DNA of 64,000 nucleotides from the NCBI GenBank assembly GCA_965223265.1, contig OZ244999.1, positions 576,001 to 640,000 of the forward strand, written 5' to 3'. Positions 21,229-31,438 of this stretch are shown here, piece after piece. Source of the stretch: Planctomycetota bacterium (GTDB lineage: Bacteria > Planctomycetota > UBA8108 > SXIK01). Numbering within the stretch: the stretch's first letter is position 1; the number at the start of each line of letters is the position of its first letter. The translations under genes and the position numbers were made by a program. The notes beneath the pieces were generated by a model. The model had not been told where the DNA came from and ran no database searches. It worked only from the letters and a program-made list of their open reading frames with translations.

Positions 21229-22128
21229 ATGACAGCGCCACGACAAATCATCCCCGGCACGACGTAAATGATCACCAGACGCCGCGCGCAGCGTCAGTTC
21301 CTCCTTCGACCTTCGAAGGCGGTGAACCAGGTCGTTCTCTATCTGCTGGCGTACGCTGCAGAACGTTTTTCGATCGACGTTCATGCGTACGTTCTCAGTA
21401 ACCACTATCACCTCGTCGTGACCGATCGGCTTGGCAATCTTCCCGCTTTCATGCAGTTTTTGAACTGCCTAATCGCCCGAGCACTGAACGCCTACTACGG
21501 ACGCTGGGAGAACGTTTGGGCGCCTGGATCTTACAGTGCGGTGACGCTCGTCGGTGAGGAGGACGTCGTGGAGAAGATCGTCTACGTCCTCGCGAACCCA
21601 GTGGCTGCGGGACTAGTTTCGCGCGGCGAGGAGTGGCCGGGGCTGCGTTCGTCGCCGCGGGACTTTGGAACACGCGTTGAAGTCGAACGACCAGCGTTTT
21701 TCTTTCAAAAAGAGGGTGATGCGACGGAGAGCATCGCGCTGAGCATCTCTGCACCGCAGTTTGCTTCTGGACTCTCGGGCGAGGAGCTCGCGCCTCTCGT
21801 CGAAGAAAAACTTCAAACGCGGGAAGCTGAGATCCGCACCGAAACGGCGCGGCGCGGCAAAAAGTTCGCTGGCGTCAAGGCTGTCCGCCGCCAGGACCCG
21901 CTGGGACGCCCTGGCAACGCGGAGCCTCGGCGAAGGCTGAGTCCACGTTTTGCATGCCGCGACAAGCATCGGCGCATCGATACGCTCGTGAAGTACAAGA
22001 CGTTCCTCAGAGAGTATCGCGAGGCCCTGCGGGACTTCTGCGAGGGCCTGCGCGAAGCGCTCTTTCCCCACGGCACCTACTGGATGCGTGTTCACTTCGC
22101 GGCGCGCTGCGCGCCGATGCCGCCGTAG
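21229..22128 (+). pseudogene. HUH/Y1 transposase (IS200/RAYT-like), copy 1; TAA at codon 13, possible restart at ATG 21268
   Basis: NHYHLVV HUH motif, YVLANPVAAGLV with catalytic Tyr; TAC in copy 2 is TAA here. Confidence 0.85.
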
Positions 22129-22288
22129 GGCGGTTGGTTCTCGAGGTTGCCAGCGCGTATTCGCTTCATGCCGAGCCCGATCTGCGATCAGCTTGTGTCC
22201 GCCGATTGCCTGAGCTGCATGAGAATCTCCGTCTCCGCCTAGAAACGATTGCCTCTGACGGCGATCCGTCGCGAGGCAGGCGTTCTCG

Positions 22289-22774
22289 TCATTCAGGAGT
22301 GTGTGGTAATTCATCGAGCACCTCGCAAATATCTGAACTAATAGTCGAGATCTTTACGTACTCATCAGCCCGCGTGATTTGAACTCCACCCAGTTCGACA
22401 ATAAACCGTGGCCACGATGGCAGTATTCGTGGAGGAACATCTCGAAAGAGAATGAGCATGTCGTCTTCCGTTCGTGGAACGAGTGGTGACACATCCCCCA
22501 TACCGACATAGACGAAAGGTCGGGGACTTTGTGAGCCGTCAATACGTCGGGTCTCAAGAGATTGGACGTAAGGATCTGTAGTACGTGTCTCGTCTTCGAC
22601 GTAAGCCACGACGTACGGTCGATCTCGCCGTATCCGCCATAGGTTTGAAAGGATAACTGCGTCGATGAGCTGTTCATTTCTTACCGAGTCCGGGAGCAGC
22701 GGAAGCAGAAGGTAATGAATAACGGAATCGTCCTGCCAAGGCGGACAGGCATGTTTTAACAGTGATAGTGACAT
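22289..22774 (-). CDS. Putative immunity protein for the upstream orphan Rhs-CT
   Basis: 161 aa, lower GC, directly downstream of the toxin CT. Confidence 0.65.
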   Translation of the reverse strand: MSLSLLKHACPPWQDDSVIHYLLLPLLPDSVRNEQLIDAVILSNLWRIRRDRPYVVAYVEDETRTTDPYVQSLETRRIDGSQSPRPFVYVGMGDVSPLVPRTEDDMLILFRDVPPRILPSWPRFIVELGGVQITRADEYVKISTISSDICEVLDELPHTPE

Positions 22775-24653
22775 ATCTCAACCGTTATCGCAGACGGGTC
22801 TCTCGCGTTTCACTTCGCATTGAATTGCGTTCTTAAGAACCCGGAATCTTGTCTCCGGGAGAAAATCTTGCGTGACTGAACTGCGTGCCTGGGATGTCTA
22901 CATGGAAGTGAGGCCCCCTGTGAAACTCCGGCGCATTCGCATGATAGGGGTGTTGCTCAAATGTTATTCTCATCCGTCCTTGCGGAGTGGAAACATCCCA
23001 GTCAACTCTTCCGCGGCCTGGCAACGGTTGTCCGGTTTGAGGGTTCATGTCCGGCCGTCGTGTCCCCGGGAATCCCAAAAGCTCGTCGAACTCGTCAGCG
23101 CTGTTTGGAAATCGGAAATCACTCGCCCTCCTAGGGACAGTGTGAAGCACGCCATCCTGAAAATGTAACGCAGCTGGCCGTGATCGAGACAGACAATTTA
23201 GCTTGGCAGCTGCAAGCCTTGCGCCCGCCTTCATGGAGCCACCGGCCCCGGCCAAGTCGTAGGCGAGCTCGGCATAGTACTGACCGGTTTGATCCGCCCC
23301 CATGTCGAGTGCTACCTGCTTAGCCACCTGCCCTCCGATCGTTGGCCCCCCAAGAATTCCAGCTTGGAAAGAATCAGCGCCGTGCCCAATCAAGAACGTG
23401 CCCAAGGCCAGCACACCTAGCCCCGGAGCTGTCCCGACGCCTGTCGTACTCGCTGCCGCTCCGATTCCAAGCAGCGCGCCGCCTAAAGCGACCTCTGCCG
23501 CGCCGCCGACGGCTTGCAAGGCGCGCCCCGCAGCGTTCCACACGTCAAACAACCCCATCGGATCCAGCCCATTGACCGGATTCCCCCCAACATAAGCATA
23601 GGCATTCCCAGCATTGCCGGGATCGCCCCACACGCCTATGGGATCGCGGCTGACGAAGCGGCCGAGTGTGGGGTGGTACTGGCGTAGTCGGAAGTGGTAG
23701 AGCTGGGTCTCGAGGTCGAGGCGGCGGTCGGCGAAGAGGATGTCGTTTTCGTGGCTTGACGCCCCTGAGGGGTTCTGAAACGACGCGTCGAGGAAGGTCA
23801 CTTTGCCGTAGGCGTCGTAGTCGTAGCGCTCGAGCACGGCTCCGCTAGCGTCGAGGAGCGCGGTGACGTTCATGTTGGCGTCTTGCGTGTAGTACTCTGG
23901 GTCGTCGAGCTCGTCGATGTCGCCGTCGGCGTCGGTGTCGCGCACGCGCAGAGCGATCGCGTCGATGTAGACTGGGTGGTAGAGGTACTCTTCCTTCAGC
24001 GTTGTCGACAGCACCGGGTCGGTCGTCGGGTTCGAGCCGCGATCGACGGTGTCTTTGCGCACCTGCACGACTTGCCAGCCGGCGCCGTAGTAGTACTCCC
24101 ACACATCCCAGTTCGTCGTCGCGGACTGTTTGGCGAACTTGCGAGTGCGCCTGCCGAGTCCATCGTAGCGGTACTCCGCGATGACCTCGCCGGCCTGCTT
24201 GACTGCCACCATGCGGTCGAAGGCGTCGAAGACGTACTCGTGCTCGGCGAGAGCCTCACTGCCCGGGATCGGCGCCTTGGTCGCGCTACCGTTGGCATCG
24301 AACTCCGGGTCCTTCCAATTCGAGATCGCCGTCGCACTCGGCGGATCGGAGTGGTCGTTGTCGTCGTCAACCTCGTTGGCGTCGTTGTGCTGGCGCGTCT
24401 GCGTCGTCCAGCTGCTGAGTCCCACAAACTCTGGCTCGTGAGCAGCGACGAGTCTCAGATTCACTGACCCGGAAACGCCCCGGCATACCCCGCCGAACCG
24501 ACCGTCCGATCATACCCCGCCTACCCCGCGCCCCCCGTTCGACGCTGCGCCCTGGACCTTCGCTCGACTCCTCGCCTCACCTCGAGTAAAGAGGGGAGCG
24601 GAGAGACCGGTGTTGGTGCACTTCTCTCCGCAAGTCCCCGTACGGAGAGAGCG

Positions 24654-25322
24654 ATGCTACCCCATTTGGTCAACGCGATACAGAGCTATGGCGAAGCTGT
24701 TCGCCGCCGTGAGATCCAGCCGACCTGTAACCGCTGCCCGAATTGCAGCGGGGAGCCAGATCGGTTCCGCTACCGCGGTCACCGAGAGCGCGTGTTCCTC
24801 GTTATCGTCAGGCGTCTGGTCGAACCTGTCCTGTCGCTTCTGAGTCGCTGGAAGTGTCCTCTGTGTAAGCGCTCCTTCACGCTCTACCCGCCCTTCGCGC
24901 TGCCGGGGAAACGCTACGTTCGCGACTGCGTTTTCGATCACGCTCGGCGCTACCTCCAGATCGACGAGCTTTCGTATCGCGAAGCCGTCAAGGTCGAACA
25001 CATGCCCGTCTTCCACGAGGGTGACGACAGGGGAGCGATCGACGAGCGCAGCCTCGCGCACTCAACACTTCATCGTTGGCTTTCGTTCTTTCGCTCTCTC
25101 AACGCCACGCTCCTGGAGGCTCTCCGCCTCATCCGAGAGCGCTCGGCGAGGTCCGACATCTTCCGCAAGGTCTTCGCCGTCCGTCCAGCCAAGTACCGAA
25201 GCGAATCACGGCGGGACACTCTCGTCGCGGCACTTCGAGCTCTCTCGATCGACCAGGTGTTCCGTTCCCTCTTCGGCCGATCGATCTTCCCCGACTTGGC
25301 AACCTCCGCAGCCTGGGCGTGA
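24654..25322 (+). CDS. Zn-ribbon transposon accessory protein (DUF6431-like)
   Basis: CPNC...CPLC, LYPPFALPGKRY, HSTLHRW. Confidence 0.7.
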   Translation: MLPHLVNAIQSYGEAVRRREIQPTCNRCPNCSGEPDRFRYRGHRERVFLVIVRRLVEPVLSLLSRWKCPLCKRSFTLYPPFALPGKRYVRDCVFDHARRYLQIDELSYREAVKVEHMPVFHEGDDRGAIDERSLAHSTLHRWLSFFRSLNATLLEALRLIRERSARSDIFRKVFAVRPAKYRSESRRDTLVAALRALSIDQVFRSLFGRSIFPDLATSAAWA

Positions 25323-25362
25323 GCGAGAATCACGCCTCGCTCGCCCCATGCGAGGTGTGATC

Positions 25363-26925
25363 ATGAAAGCGAAAGATCTCGATTGGGCTATCTTCTGGGC
25401 GGCTCTTCTCCAGCCCGTCGTCATCGGCGAGGTGCCGGAGGAGGAAGCCGCGCGATTTCTCCGCGAGCTCGCCAAAGAAGAGCGCATCTTTCCCGACGGA
25501 TCGCGACGCAAGCCGGCTCTTTCGACCCTGAGGCGGAAGCTTCGCATCTATCGCGAGGAGGGCTTCGAGGGTCTTGCCCGCAGGCCGCGAAGCGATCGCG
25601 GGAAACCGCGTGCCCACGGCAAAGAGCTCGTCGAGAAAGCCGTCGAGCTGAAGCGTGATCAGCCACTGCGCTCCCACTTCGCCATCAACAAGTTCCTCCA
25701 GGCTCAGCACGGAAAGACCATTCCGCGTTCGACCCTCTTCCGCTACCTCAAGATCGCCGGCGCGACGCGGCTGAAGCTCGGTGTCGAGAGGAGGAAAGTC
25801 CGGAAACGCTGGACTCGTGACTCCACCCATGCCCTCTGGGTCGGCGACTTCGCCGATGGACCCTACGTGCTGCACGACGGCGAAGTCGTCCCCACCTTCC
25901 TCTGTGTTCTCATCGACTGCTACAGCCGCTCGCTCGTCGAGGGGCGCTACTACCTTCGGCAAAATCTCGAGGTCTTGATCGACTGCTTGCTGCGGGCGTG
26001 GGCCAAGCACGGTGCTTCGGACGAGCTCTATGTCGATCAGGCGAAGGTCTATATCTCCAAAGCGCTCAAGGCGGCATGCCTTGCCGTTGTCACCCGGCTC
26101 ATCCATCGCGGCAAGGGCGATCCGCCACCGGGTGGTCTCGTCGAACGACTCATCGAGACGATACAGGGCCAGTTCGAGGCCGAGGTCAGAGCCGGCGAGA
26201 TCCTCACTCTCGACTCGCTCAACGGAAGCTTCGATTCCTGGAAGACCGTGGCCTACCACCGCCAGGTCAACACCGAGACCGGCGAAACACCCGAGGCACG
26301 AGCCGAGGCCGGCCTCAAACGGCCTATCCGACACGTCGACATTCAGCGCGTCACCGAGTTCTTCATGTGCCGCGAGACGCGGCGCGTTCACCCGGACTTC
26401 TCCGACGTCCAGCTCGATCGCCGCTTCTATCGCGTCGACAAGAGTCTGCGCGGTGACAAGGTCGAAGTCCGCTACGATCCCTTCTCCGCGCCCGACACGG
26501 TTCTCATCTACTCCAGCAACGAAGAGTACCTCGGAAAGGGCGTCCTTCACGAGCGCGAAGAGGGCGAGGACGCCGGTGCTCCCGCCCCTCCCGCCAAAGC
26601 GAAGCACAACTATCTGGAGCTTCTTCGCCGTGAGCACGACGAGGAGCTCAAGAAGCGCGCCCAGGGGATCGACTACCGTCGTGTCATCGCCTCTCGCCAG
26701 TGGCCCTTCACCGACTTCGCATGCCTTCTCGGCCGGCTCATGGGGCGCAAGGGCGCCCTCTCGAGCTTCACCGCCGAGGAGCTCGAGGAACTCAAGAAGT
26801 TCTACAACCGTACTCCCAGCCTCACCGAAGTCCTCTTGCTGAGGGCCTTCGAGAAGGCTCCGGAGAAATCCATTCCCTACATCGCCTACGAGCTTCAACG
26901 ACTCGCAGGCAGAAAGGAGGACTGA
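25363..26925 (+). CDS. DDE integrase/transposase with Mu-like C-terminal domain
   Basis: HTH; LWVGDF, IDCYSR, YVDQA, GLVER; VEVRYDPF; GAGGTG RBS. Confidence 0.88.
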   Translation: MKAKDLDWAIFWAALLQPVVIGEVPEEEAARFLRELAKEERIFPDGSRRKPALSTLRRKLRIYREEGFEGLARRPRSDRGKPRAHGKELVEKAVELKRDQPLRSHFAINKFLQAQHGKTIPRSTLFRYLKIAGATRLKLGVERRKVRKRWTRDSTHALWVGDFADGPYVLHDGEVVPTFLCVLIDCYSRSLVEGRYYLRQNLEVLIDCLLRAWAKHGASDELYVDQAKVYISKALKAACLAVVTRLIHRGKGDPPPGGLVERLIETIQGQFEAEVRAGEILTLDSLNGSFDSWKTVAYHRQVNTETGETPEARAEAGLKRPIRHVDIQRVTEFFMCRETRRVHPDFSDVQLDRRFYRVDKSLRGDKVEVRYDPFSAPDTVLIYSSNEEYLGKGVLHEREEGEDAGAPAPPAKAKHNYLELLRREHDEELKKRAQGIDYRRVIASRQWPFTDFACLLGRLMGRKGALSSFTAEELEELKKFYNRTPSLTEVLLLRAFEKAPEKSIPYIAYELQRLAGRKED

Positions 26926-27716
26926 TGTTCACCACCCATTTCAAGATGACGACGCAGCCCTTTCTCGAGCGCGCGCCCGTCGAGCAGATTCTTTCCGACG
27001 AGCGCATCACCCAGGGACTCGCTCGACTGGAGTACCTCGCCAAGTCGGGCTCGATCGGCCTGGTGACCGGACTCACCGGGGTGGGGAAGTCGTCTCTGGT
27101 GAAGCTCTTCGTGCGCTCGCTGAGCCGCAACCTCTACGACCCGATCTATCTCTCGCTGACCTACGTCGGGGCAAACGGCATTCTGAAGCTCCTGGTTTCC
27201 AGCCTCGGCGAGCAGCCCCGCCGTGGCAAGGAGCGGCTCTTCCTCCAGATCCTGGATCGCGTCGGGGCGAACGAGCACACGACAATCCTCGTCATCGATG
27301 AAGCGCACCTGCTTCCTTCGGAGTCGCTCACCGATCTGAGACTTCTGGTCAGCTCCGGACTCGAGGACGGCCCGCCATTGAAGATCCTCCTCAGCGGACA
27401 AGAGACCCTGAGAAAGGAGCTTACCCGAGCGCGCCACGCCGATCTCACGCATCGGCTCAGCGTGCGCTACCACGTGCCGCCGCTCAGCAAGGAGCAGACG
27501 GTCGAGTACATCGACTTTCAGATGCGCGCAGCCGGCGCCTCGCAGAAAGTCTTCGAGCCTGAAGCGAAGTCGCTCATCCACGACTACTCAAGCGGCGTGC
27601 CGCGGCGCATCAACAACATCGCCACCGCCTGCCTCATTCAGGCCGCGAGCAAGAACGTCCAGAAGATCTCCGAGGCGCTCGTCAACGACACCGCCCCCGA
27701 GTTCCATCTGCCCTGA
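26925..27716 (+). CDS. ExeA-like AAA ATPase (transposition helper)
   Basis: GLTGVGKS Walker A, LVIDEAH Walker B, GVPRRINN. Confidence 0.9.
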   Translation: MFTTHFKMTTQPFLERAPVEQILSDERITQGLARLEYLAKSGSIGLVTGLTGVGKSSLVKLFVRSLSRNLYDPIYLSLTYVGANGILKLLVSSLGEQPRRGKERLFLQILDRVGANEHTTILVIDEAHLLPSESLTDLRLLVSSGLEDGPPLKILLSGQETLRKELTRARHADLTHRLSVRYHVPPLSKEQTVEYIDFQMRAAGASQKVFEPEAKSLIHDYSSGVPRRINNIATACLIQAASKNVQKISEALVNDTAPEFHLP

Positions 27717-27735
27717 GAACGGAGACTGACGCGCC

Positions 27736-28029
27736 ATGTTCCACAAGACCCTGATGCCTCGAGTCAACGACTTCGCCGAGTATCCTGAGCTCGCCGTTTT
27801 GATGACCCTCGCGACGAACCTCGAGATCGCCCTGTTCGCTCTGAACGCCGCGTACCCCGATCTCGACTTCGACTACACGCAACGCTCCTCCTACACCGAG
27901 CAAGACGCCTATCTCGCCGCCTTGGGCGCTCAGCTGCGAGCGCTCCAGATCGTCCTCGAAGAGTATCTCGAGAGCCTGCAACGAATCCGATATTTGAAGG
28001 CGCCGAGCGGTGGAGGTGGCGTCGCATGA
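27736..28029 (+). CDS. Small transposon hypothetical protein
   Basis: 97 aa, GGAG RBS, overlaps next gene. Confidence 0.65.
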   Translation: MFHKTLMPRVNDFAEYPELAVLMTLATNLEIALFALNAAYPDLDFDYTQRSSYTEQDAYLAALGAQLRALQIVLEEYLESLQRIRYLKAPSGGGGVA

Positions 28030-28343
28030 CAGGACGATTCTCCGGCAAGCTCCTGCGGTCGTTGAGAAACGATATACCGATCGCGTGGCTCCTCGATCTG
28101 CTCGGCGTCCCCGCGAAAATCTCCGAGGGCTACGTGCGCTTCCTCTGTCCGCGGTGTCGCGAATTCAACACCGCGACGAAGGCGTCCACCAACCTCGCGC
28201 GTTGCTTTCGCTGCGAGACGAACTTCAACCCGATCGACCTGGTCATGATCGTCAAGCGGCTGAATTTCGTCGACGCCGTCGAGTTCCTCGCCGAGCTCCG
28301 CGATCGTCGCGGTGACGCTCGCGCCACGCCTCGCCCTTCGTGA
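28026..28343 (+). CDS. CHC2-type (primase-like) zinc-finger protein
   Basis: FLCPRC...ARCFRCETNFNPIDLVM...FVDAVEFL. Confidence 0.8.
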   Translation: MTGRFSGKLLRSLRNDIPIAWLLDLLGVPAKISEGYVRFLCPRCREFNTATKASTNLARCFRCETNFNPIDLVMIVKRLNFVDAVEFLAELRDRRGDARATPRPS

Positions 28344-28670
28344 TTCCCCGGGTCGTCGTGCCGTCCGGGACACGACGACCCGCGCCTTCTCGCCTCGCAA
28401 ATCGCATCTCGCACCCGCGAATCAGCACCATGCCATTTAATCTGGGATTTCCGCGCCAGATACTGTGGGACTTAGCATCCAGCTTTGGCCGTTGTTGGTC
28501 GAGGTCTTGAACTCGGTCCAGTTGCCGAGCTCATCGAACGTCCACTCGGCCTTGTAGGTGGCGTTGGTGATCGACGGCCCGCCGCCGGTCAACTTGCCGC
28601 GGTCGAATTCGGTGAGGCGATAAAGACCGTCGTAGGCATACTCCTGGTCGCGGTCGAGGTTCGCCGTGCC

Positions 28671-28790
28671 GGGATCAAAAACGACCCTGGGACGGGGTTT
28701 TCGTCCGCGAAAATGACCCTGGGACGGGGTTTCCGGGTTACCGGGACGGGTTTTCCGAGGTTTTAAAAACGACCCTGGGACGGGATTTCC
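28671..28790 (+). repeat. Junction motif mini-array AAAACGACCCTGGGACGGG (3 copies plus 1 partial)
   Basis: Cores at 28682, 28714, 28741 (partial) and 28770. Confidence 0.9.
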
Positions 28791-28854
28791 TCGTCGTGCT
28801 GCGATCGAAAGACTTCAACTTGAACACGCGCGCTATCAAAGATGGGACGGGACT

Positions 28855-29331
28855 TCACGTTCCCTCCCGAAACGAAAGCGTACTGATCAACGAGTCCAAG
28901 TAGTTTCCCTCCCAGCTTCCCGACGCTTTCAGGCGACGAAGTTCGGAAACGACAGCGGGGCGTGGCTTCCAGTCCCGGAGGCACGAAACGTGTAGGTGAG
29001 TGAACGAATATGGGTACAGCGGGTCCGAGAGTTCTGACGTGAGGTGGTGGATCAGGAGGTAGTCATCAGGGTGAAGTACCTCTCTATCGCAGACCACGCA
29101 AATTCGATTGCCGGGACCAGTTTGTTTCGACCAACTTGCGAAGCGCTCTTTCACGACGTTCCGTAGAGGATGTTGTTCGAAGCAAACCTTGTGAAACGCG
29201 GTGTCACTGAAGAAGAACAATTCGTCTTTCTCGTTCACGACGAACGCGGGAAAAGCAATCGTTTTCCCCAGTTCCGAAATCGGTTTGCTACAAATCCGAC
29301 AGGTTGTTTGCCCCTCGATTATCAACGCCAT
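28855..29331 (-). CDS. Putative Cys/His zinc-binding immunity protein
   Basis: CRIC...HKVC...CVVC...HVSC; follows the JAB fragment; GGAGGTAGGTG upstream. Confidence 0.7.
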   Translation of the reverse strand: MALIIEGQTTCRICSKPISELGKTIAFPAFVVNEKDELFFFSDTAFHKVCFEQHPLRNVVKERFASWSKQTGPGNRICVVCDREVLHPDDYLLIHHLTSELSDPLYPYSFTHLHVSCLRDWKPRPAVVSELRRLKASGSWEGNYLDSLISTLSFREGT

Positions 29332-29338
29332 CGTTCAC

Positions 29339-29512
29339 CTACCTCCTACGGCGCACGACCGTAACTTGACCTCCGTGGAACACGTACTGTTTGCTCTGAC
29401 TCAGGCCTAGAAAGCGCCTCGACATCGGCTGCGCTGGGTAGAGAACTGTCCGGGTGAGTGTGTCCAAAGATACGCGTAATCTCGCCTCCCTTGAAGTGGG
29501 CAATCCATCCCG
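29339..29512 (-). pseudogene. 3' fragment of a JAB/MPN-domain toxin
   Basis: GHTHPDSSLPSAAD (HxH...SxxD); begins at the junction motif; apparent frameshift near 29405. Confidence 0.65.
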
Positions 29513-29766
29513 AGCCCGGGTTCGTTTCTCGTCCTGTCTCGTCCGTCGCAGAGTCACCTAGACAGCAAAATATAGGCACAAATCGGAGAAAAAATCGCCG
29601 ATGTCAATTTTGAACGTCCGTATGCGAACAGTTGTAGCGAGTACGCAACAACTGCGTGATCCACCGGGAGTCGGCAGTTTCGACGAGTCTGAGTTCCTGC
29701 GCAGACTTACGTCATATTTGTGTGACCTCGCGGCCGTGGAACAGCGTTTGCCTGTAGGTCGCGGCG

Positions 29767-30667
29767 ATGACGGCGCCGCGACAAATCATCCCTGGGACGA
29801 CGTACTTGATCACCAGACGCTGTGCGCAGCGTCAGTTCCTGCTGCGACCTTCGAAAGCAGTGAATGAGGTCGTTCTCTATCTTGGCGTGCGCCGCGGAGC
29901 GCTTTTCGATCGACGTCCACGCTTACTGTGCAATGAGCAATCACTACCACTTAGTCGTCACGGACAGGTTCGGGGTCCTGCCGGCGTTCATGCAGCTTCT
30001 GAACTGCCTGATCGCCCGTGCCCTCAATGCCCACTATGGTCGCTGGGAAAACGTGTGGGCGCCTGGTTCTTACAACGCCGTGACGCTGGTCGACGAGGAC
30101 GACGCGGTCGAGAAGATCGTCTACGTTCTCGCCAACCCGGTGGCAGCGGGTTTGGTCTCGCGCGGTGAAGAGTGGCCCGGACTGCGCTCGTCGCCGCGGG
30201 ACTTCGGCACGTGTCTTGAGGTCGAACGGCCAGCGTTTTTCTTTCAAGAAGATGGCTAGACGCCCGAGAGCGTCGCCTTGAGCATCTCGGCGCCGCAGTT
30301 CGCCTCTGGGCTCCCCGGGGAGGAGCTTGCACCTCTCGTCGAGGAGAAACTTCAAGCGCGGGAGGCCGACATACGCGCCGACATGGCTCGGCGCGGCAAG
30401 AGGTTCGCGGGCGTCAAGGCCGTCCGTCGCCAGAGCCCGTTGGCGCGTCCTGGCGATCCGGAACCGCGGCGAATGCTCATCCCTCGCTTCGCCTGCCGCG
30501 ACAAGCAGAGGCGCATCGACGCGCTCATGAAATACAAAGAGTTCCTCAGAGAATACCGTGAGGCCCTACGGGACTTCTGCGAAGGCATCCGTGAAGCGCT
30601 GTTTCCCTACGGCACGTACTGGATGCGTGTTCACTTCGCGGCGCGCTGCGCGCCGAGGCCGCCGTAG
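29767..30667 (+). pseudogene. HUH/Y1 transposase copy 2 (frameshift ~29880, TAG at 30257)
   Basis: MTAPRQIIPGTTYLITRRC, MSNHYHLVV, YVLANPV; colinear with copy 1. Confidence 0.88.
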
Positions 30668-30899
30668 GGCGAACGGCCGCACGCGGTCACGTTGATTCGA
30701 GCATGGCGTTTCAGCTCCGCGTCAGGAGCCGTGGTCAACCTACGTCCCTTAGTTGCCACAACTGCATGAGAATTCCCCTCGCAGTATCAAAACGAGAGCG
30801 CTCGACAGCGGTGCAGCCCCGAAACACGCCGCTTCGACGTCCGAGGGCCTAAACACGCCGTGAAAATCGGTCGTTTTCGAAACGACGAACTCGCGCTCC

Positions 30900-31060
30900 A
30901 AAAACGAACCTGGGACCCCTTCCTCCGAAAACGAACCTGGGACGGGTTTTCCACCAAAAACGAACCTGGGATAGGTTATCCCAAAAACGAACCTGGGACG
31001 GGTTATCTGGTTATCTGCAAAAACGAACCTGGGACGGGTTATCTGACGGGTTATCTGTTA
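30900..31060 (+). repeat. Junction motif mini-array AAAACGAACCTGGGA x5
   Basis: Cores at 30905, 30932, 30961, 30988, 31024; GGTTATCT stutters. Confidence 0.92.
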
Positions 31061-31072
31061 CGCGGTGTGTCG

Positions 31073-31438
31073 TCAAAGTTCTACGTTGGCCAGGTCAAGG
31101 GTCTCCTTCCGTAGCTCCCACCTGTTGGACTCCATCCACTGCTCTAACTCTTCGGGAATTCGAACATTGTATTTTGAAACGTAGTAAAGCAGGTCTCTTG
31201 GCCACGCCCACTCTCCATCTGTCAAGATGTCTGGGGGACCGATCACAGGCTTGTCAGGGTCGAGAACGTCGTGAACGATGCCAGGGCACGCTATGAGCAC
31301 TTCTCCTTGGCTCAGGTAGGAGGCGATCTCAGTGGCATGGCTCAGAGGTTCGTCAGACACCAGAGACCGCAGGCTCTCCCCTCCGGGATCACCGTGTCCC
31401 AATTCACGGAAGAATCCAAATCGGCGTAACTTTTTCAT
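31073..31438 (-). CDS. Putative immunity protein for the caspase-fold CT
   Basis: MKKLRRFGFFREL...LTDGEWAWPRDLLYYV; ATGA overlap with the toxin stop. Confidence 0.75.
   Translation of the reverse strand: MKKLRRFGFFRELGHGDPGGESLRSLVSDEPLSHATEIASYLSQGEVLIACPGIVHDVLDPDKPVIGPPDILTDGEWAWPRDLLYYVSKYNVRIPEELEQWMESNRWELRKETLDLANVEL

Larger units (their letters stand above)
24413..28477 (+). mobile_element. ~4.07-kb five-gene transposon (DDE transposase plus ExeA-like ATPase)
   Basis: TG...CA ends, IRs TGCT(G/A)AGTCCCACA---TCTGGC; 6-bp TSD TCCAGC at 24407-24412 and 28478-28483. Confidence 0.92.
22833..28670 (-). pseudogene. Orphan Rhs core fragment plus His-rich putative nuclease CT, interrupted by an IS
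   Basis: Near-identical to the main Rhs core at 28670-28478 and 24412-23550, ending at DPMGL; unique CT ...RITFEQHPYH...HRGPHFHVD. Confidence 0.85.
29514..31060 (+). mobile_element. Y1/HUH element copy 2 with both ends
   Basis: Left end GCCCGGGTTCGTTT, leader homologous to 21015-21228, transposase, right-end motif array. Confidence 0.8.

Noticed and set aside
25021-25362. Extended N-termini in the ORF track for the transposase (25021), ATPase (26700) and Rhs (41295)
   Set aside because: Downstream ATGs with an RBS, gene coupling or a signal peptide (25363, 26925, 41196) are more plausible.
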